Positions 59,417 through 64,000 of a DNA stretch of 64,000 bases are shown here, piece after piece. The position numbers and the translations under genes were made by a program. Origin of the DNA: an uncultured delta proteobacterium (lineage in GTDB: Bacteria; Desulfobacterota; Binatia; Binatales; Binataceae); the NCBI GenBank assembly GCA_963794325.1, contig CAWCDG010000004.1, positions 1,856,001 to 1,920,000 on the forward strand. Direction: 5' to 3'. The notes below the pieces were generated by a model. The model made no database searches, was not told where the DNA came from, and saw only the letters and a program-made list of their open reading frames with translations. The stretch's first letter is position 1. Each line of letters opens with the position of its first letter.

Positions 59417-60016
59417 ATGATTAAGCTGTACGGATCGTCGATGTCGCGTGCGGGGCGAAGCCTGTGGGCGTTGGAAGAGACCGGTGTGAAATTCGAGCAG
59501 GTGATAGTGGGTGAGACGCGAACGCCGGAATATTTGAAGATAAATCCGAACGGGCATGTCCCGGCGCTCGACGACAACGGGACGATAATCTGGGAGTCGA
59601 TGGCGATAAATCTGTACCTCGCGGAAAAATACGGGAAGGCGCCGCTGTGGCCGTCAACCGTCGAGGGTCATGGCGCGTGCTACCAGTGGAGTCTTTGGGC
59701 CATGACCGAAATCGAAACGCCGATGATCAATATTTTTCTACATCGACTGATGCTGCCGGCCGAGCAGCGGGACGAGAAGGTGGCGCTGGCCGGAATCGAG
59801 ACGCTGAAGGCGCCATTCAAGGTGATCGACGATCAGTTGCGCAAGTCGGAATATCTGCTGGGCAAGGAATTCACGATTGCGGATCTCAATGTTGCGTCGG
59901 TGATGAGTATCACGCAGTACCTGCAACTGGATCTTTCGGCGATTCCAACGGCGCAAAAGTGGTTGCAGAAGTGCGTGGAGCGTCCAGCGAATCAGCGAGT
60001 GCGCGCGATGAAATAG
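59417..60016 (+). CDS. Glutathione S-transferase family protein
   Basis: INPNGHVP, WESMAINLYL, FTIADLNV. Confidence 0.92.
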   Translation: MIKLYGSSMSRAGRSLWALEETGVKFEQVIVGETRTPEYLKINPNGHVPALDDNGTIIWESMAINLYLAEKYGKAPLWPSTVEGHGACYQWSLWAMTEIETPMINIFLHRLMLPAEQRDEKVALAGIETLKAPFKVIDDQLRKSEYLLGKEFTIADLNVASVMSITQYLQLDLSAIPTAQKWLQKCVERPANQRVRAMK

Positions 60017-60203
60017 CGTGGAGAGGCCCCCCGGCGCAGGGTTAATTTTCGCCAGCCGTATTGACTTTGGGGGCCTTGGCTGTAGCTTTCATGTCTGTAG
60101 AATCGTCGGTGGCATTTCTGCTCAGCCAAAGGGTCATATTGAGAGTAGCTAGCGATTTTTCGCGAATCCCGAGAAAATTTGGCGCTATGGTCAAGGTGAT
60201 CTG

Positions 60204-60923
60204 ATGCCTGCATGTGGGCATTGCGGCAAAGATAGCCCCGAAGGCACGGTATTCTGTGGATACTGTGCGGCTCCGCTGATGAGTCCATCGGGCTGGCCGA
60301 AACCGGCTGGCAGGCCGATTGTCGCGCCTCAGATACGCGGAGGATCTCCTACTCCTGCGCCGCCGGCCAAACCGCCCAAGCCGGAAATTCGCATGCCCGT
60401 TCAGGCTACGCCGCCAAGCGGAGCGGGCAGAGGCAAGGGCCGATTCGAGCTGCTTCCGTGGAGCGAACTTTCCGCGGGTCAGCGAGCGGGCCGAGTAGGA
60501 GCGGGTGCGATCGCATTGTTCGTAATACTTTTCCTGGTTCGCGGGATGCTGCACAGCATGATTGGGTCGAACGCGAGCGGCCCTGCGCCCACCGCGTACG
60601 GCGCGAACCTTCCTATTGCCGAAGGCGATCGTAAAGAGGGGATCGAATCGTTGTGCAAGGTATTTCAAATCTACGGGCTGCCGAACAACGACAGCGGCGC
60701 GACCGAAGCGGTACACAACGCCGTGGGAATATTCAAACTCGCGGACAATCAGTCGCCCGAGCGCAGCAGGTATATTCTGATTTCGCTCCTAGGAGAGTTC
60801 CGCGGCGGCAAATTGAGCGAGGCTGACTGCGCGCAAGCGGGAGCGCCACTTGCAAAGGTTGCTTCCCCCGGTGCGGGATCCACCCCCAGCTTCGATGAAG
60901 CAAAACACGCATTCGTCTATTAG
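60204..60923 (+). CDS. Zinc-ribbon single-pass membrane protein, paralog 1
   Basis: CGHC...CGYC, Pro-rich linker, TM helix. Confidence 0.8.
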   Translation: MPACGHCGKDSPEGTVFCGYCAAPLMSPSGWPKPAGRPIVAPQIRGGSPTPAPPAKPPKPEIRMPVQATPPSGAGRGKGRFELLPWSELSAGQRAGRVGAGAIALFVILFLVRGMLHSMIGSNASGPAPTAYGANLPIAEGDRKEGIESLCKVFQIYGLPNNDSGATEAVHNAVGIFKLADNQSPERSRYILISLLGEFRGGKLSEADCAQAGAPLAKVASPGAGSTPSFDEAKHAFVY

Positions 60924-60999
60924 CTGAGACCCCGGATGGGACTTACTTACAGAGCACACTCATGTCGTGTAAAAGTTCAGCGGCGGCGAAGGTGATCTG

Positions 61000-61719
61000 A
61001 TGCCTGCGTGTGGACATTGCGGCAAAGATAATCCGGAAGACACGGCATTCTGCGGATACTGTGCGGCTCCGCTGATGAGTCCATCCGGCGAGCAGAAGCC
61101 GGCTGGCAGGCCGATTGTCGCGCCTCAAATCCGCGGAGGCTCCCCTCCGCCGGCATCGCCGCCCAAGCCGCCCAAGCCGGAAATTCGCACGCCCACGTTG
61201 CAGGCTCCGCCGCCAGGTGGCGCCGGCAGAGGCAAGGGCGGATTCGAATTGCTTCCGTGGAGCGAACTTTCCTTCGGTCAGCGGGCGGGACGAGTGGTCG
61301 CTGGCGCGATCGTCGTGTTCCTGATTCTTTTCTTTGTGCGTGGAATGTTACACGGGCTGATTGCATCGAGCACGAGCGGACCGGCGCCCGCTGCGGAAGG
61401 ATCGAACCCTCCGATTACGGAAGGCGATCGCAAGGACGGAATCGAGTCGTTGTGCAAGGTATTTCAGATCTATGGGTTGCCCAAAAACGACAGCGGTGCG
61501 ACCGAAGCGGTACACAACGCGGTAGAACTGTTCAAGCTCGCCGGCAACCAGTCGCCCCAGCGCAGCACCTATATCCTGACTTCGATCGTTGCAGAGTTCC
61601 GCGGCGGTAAACTGGGTCAGGCCGACTGCGCGCAAGCGGGAGCGCCCATCCCCACCAACTCGGAAGAGAGCCCGGACAACTCGAATCCCGATGTCCAGAG
61701 AGAAAACGGCCAGCAGTAG
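61000..61719 (+). CDS. Zinc-ribbon single-pass membrane protein, paralog 2
   Basis: Tandem duplicate of 60204-60923, including the upstream AAGGTGATCTG. Confidence 0.8.
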   Translation: MPACGHCGKDNPEDTAFCGYCAAPLMSPSGEQKPAGRPIVAPQIRGGSPPPASPPKPPKPEIRTPTLQAPPPGGAGRGKGGFELLPWSELSFGQRAGRVVAGAIVVFLILFFVRGMLHGLIASSTSGPAPAAEGSNPPITEGDRKDGIESLCKVFQIYGLPKNDSGATEAVHNAVELFKLAGNQSPQRSTYILTSIVAEFRGGKLGQADCAQAGAPIPTNSEESPDNSNPDVQRENGQQ

Positions 61720-63204
61720 TTATCGCGGGGCAGAACCGCGCCGGGCGGTCGTCCAGTAGTAAATCGGGATGCCGCTCAAGGCGATCAACAATCCCGCCCA
61801 ACTGGCAAGTGGCTTCAGGATCAGCAAATCGACCATAAGCGCGGAGGCCGCGACGACATAAAGCGCGGGAACGATTGGGTAGCCCCATGCTCGGTACGGA
61901 CGCGGCGCGTCGGGAAGGCGGCGACGCAGCACGAAGACCGCCGAGACCGTCAGCACGTAAAACATCAGCTGCGCAAAGATCACGTAGTCGAGCAGATCAG
62001 AATAAGTCCCCGACAAGGTCAGGGCCGCAGCCCAGATTCCCTGCATCACGAGTGCGACTGCGGGCACCCTCGCGCGATTGAGACGTCCGGCCGCGGCGAA
62101 GAAGACCCGGTCCTGCGACATCGCGTAGATGACGCGAGCGCCCGTCAGTATCAGTCCGTTGGCGCATCCGAAGGTGGAGATCATCACCAGGATTGCGGTT
62201 ATCTTCGCGCCCGCGCCGCCCCATACTACCTCCATCGCGGCGGCTGCGACGCGATCGCTCGATGCGTGCGCGATTCCCCGTCCCACTACCGTCGCGGCGT
62301 CGGCGGCACCCGAGGCCGGCAGCTCGCAGAGGTAGGCGAGGTTGCTGAGGATATAGAGCGCGATCACCAGGCCGGTCCCGAACGCGAGCGCCAGTGGAAG
62401 ATCGCGCTTGGGATTGCGCACCTCGGTGGCAACGAAGGTGGCGCTCGCCCACGCGTCGGCTGAGAACAATGCGCCGACCATCGCGGCGCCGAAAATCCCG
62501 GCTCCGGCGATCGACATCGAAGGGCTGCCGAAGAAGGCGGTCGAGCTGCCGAAGTTCGCGTGAATCGCGGTGGGATTCGGCGCGAGGATGCATCCGACGG
62601 CGACGATCAAACATAGCGAGAGAATTTTCGCGGTGGTGAAGGAGTTCTGCAGCCATTTGCCCATGTCGAGGCCGCGCAGATTGGCCGCGGTGAGAATTGC
62701 GATAACTGCAATCGCGCCGGCGCGCTCGCCTGACAATCCAGCGCCGCCGACACCGAACCACAGGCTCGAGCCAAGCACCGGCCACATCACTCCGGCGAAT
62801 CGCGCGAACGCAACTGCGACCGCCGCGATGGTGCCGGTCTGGATGACGAGCAGGAGCGTCCAGCCGAACATGAACGCCCACATCCCGCTGTAAGCCTCGC
62901 GCAGATAGACGTACTGGCCGCCCGCGGCGGGCATCATCGCGGCGAGCTCGCCGTACGCGAGTGCGCCCGCAATCGTCATCACGCCGGCGATCAGCCAGAT
63001 CATCAGCAGGGCGAAAGGGGTGCCGACCTGGCGCGTGATATCGGCGGAGACGATGAAGATGCCCGAGCCGATCATCGAGCCGGCGACCAGAGTCACCGAG
63101 TCGAAGAGAGAGAGGCCTCGTTTCAGCTGTTCGGAGGAAGGTCCAACTTGAGGAGCGGTCGCCATCGCGACGAGCATCGTAGCAGTAGTGGCGGGCGCCT
63201 GCAT
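61720..63204 (-). CDS. APC family amino acid permease
   Basis: GSMIGSGIF, GGQYVYLREAY, EVRNPKRDLP, RPYRAWGYP. Confidence 0.92.
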   Translation of the reverse strand: MQAPATTATMLVAMATAPQVGPSSEQLKRGLSLFDSVTLVAGSMIGSGIFIVSADITRQVGTPFALLMIWLIAGVMTIAGALAYGELAAMMPAAGGQYVYLREAYSGMWAFMFGWTLLLVIQTGTIAAVAVAFARFAGVMWPVLGSSLWFGVGGAGLSGERAGAIAVIAILTAANLRGLDMGKWLQNSFTTAKILSLCLIVAVGCILAPNPTAIHANFGSSTAFFGSPSMSIAGAGIFGAAMVGALFSADAWASATFVATEVRNPKRDLPLALAFGTGLVIALYILSNLAYLCELPASGAADAATVVGRGIAHASSDRVAAAAMEVVWGGAGAKITAILVMISTFGCANGLILTGARVIYAMSQDRVFFAAAGRLNRARVPAVALVMQGIWAAALTLSGTYSDLLDYVIFAQLMFYVLTVSAVFVLRRRLPDAPRPYRAWGYPIVPALYVVAASALMVDLLILKPLASWAGLLIALSGIPIYYWTTARRGSAPR

Positions 63205-63295
63205 CTAAGCGACGGGAGAATCATCCACATTGATCTAATCGGCCAACCGGACTTAGCTGGAAATCCCAGCAAATGCTTGCAAGCGGAGGCCCGCG

Positions 63296-63838
63296 ATGCC
63301 GACAAAGAAAAAACCGATGACAAGAAGGAAGGCTGCCAAGAAAAATCCCGCGCCCAGGCAACTCGCGCAGTTACGCAAGACCGTAAAGGAACTGCGCGTC
63401 AAGCTCGAGCGCGAGACGAAGGCGCGAAAGATCGAGGTGCGGGTGAAGAGCGAAGCGCAGAAAGCGCGCGCGCAACTGGCGTCGCAGATCGCGGCATTGC
63501 GCGAGCAGGGGCGCCGCCTCGCCAGCAATCTGAAGACGGCGCTGGGTGACGCCAGCAAGCGCGACGCGGCGCGTCAGCAGGCGATCTCGAAAATTGCGGA
63601 GCTCAAGGCTGAGTATGCCAGGAAGTCAGCGGGTATGAGGTCGGAATTATCGCGCGCCACGGCGGCGCTGTCGCGCAAATCCGAGGAGCTGAGGAAGCTC
63701 GCGGGAGAAGCGGCGCATCGCGCAGTCGAGATAATTCGCAGCGAAGAGCCTCACGCGGCACCGGAGGTGCAAGGCACCAGCGGTTCAGAGCCCGTCGGCG
63801 CGATGGACGACGAAAAGGACCCTGACGAAGAGCAGTAG
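63296..63838 (+). CDS. Basic coiled-coil hypothetical protein with acidic tail
   Basis: GGAGG RBS, Lys/Arg/Ala-rich heptads. Confidence 0.7.
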   Translation: MPTKKKPMTRRKAAKKNPAPRQLAQLRKTVKELRVKLERETKARKIEVRVKSEAQKARAQLASQIAALREQGRRLASNLKTALGDASKRDAARQQAISKIAELKAEYARKSAGMRSELSRATAALSRKSEELRKLAGEAAHRAVEIIRSEEPHAAPEVQGTSGSEPVGAMDDEKDPDEEQ

Positions 63839-64000
63839 CTGGAGGATGAGGATTGAAACGGGCCGGACGACGCCTGGCTCACTTTCATCCGCGTAAAACG
63901 GATTCGGTGGATTCTCTCCAGCGCCGTTCAGCGAGTCTCCCGCGCGCCGTCGGCTCTTGCGGCGCGCGGGAACCCGCTCAGGAAACGAAGTTAATTACGG

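Noticed and set aside
63880-64000. Glycine riboswitch, tmRNA or RNase P assignment for the terminal structure
   Set aside because: Lacks CCGAAG/CTCTCAGG, a tRNA-like CCA end and GAGGAAAGTCC respectively

Overview
GC-rich bacterial chromosomal segment. Gene content and style suggest a deltaproteobacteria-like soil lineage such as Ca. Binatota; this is an inference. The window is mostly housekeeping and envelope genes: tatD-metG, ricT-holB-tmk-pilD, mutM-rsmA-tsaD, PBP1b-degP-htpX, cysK-larE, bioB, ispD, carD, rimI. The most striking element is a ~7.8 kb array (13601-21360) of four paralogous secreted beta-helix / choice-of-anchor-Q-like genes, lying on the opposite strand between ricT and metG. 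Each unit has the same atypical sigma70-like promoter, a conserved 5' leader that can fold over its own start codon, and a conserved C-terminal domain ending in PGHGVRR-x-RR. Three units also share a terminator module, a fifth promoter+leader unit has no gene, and the paralogs are mosaics of one another. Other points of note: a YfhL-ferredoxin/membrane/Hsp20-like fusion, an IS481-type element inserted into a REP-like hairpin, several dispersed palindromic repeat families, a parS site, a large mucin-stalked surface protein, and four single-base frameshifts that are probably sequencing errors. No rRNA, tRNA or CRISPR array was seen.
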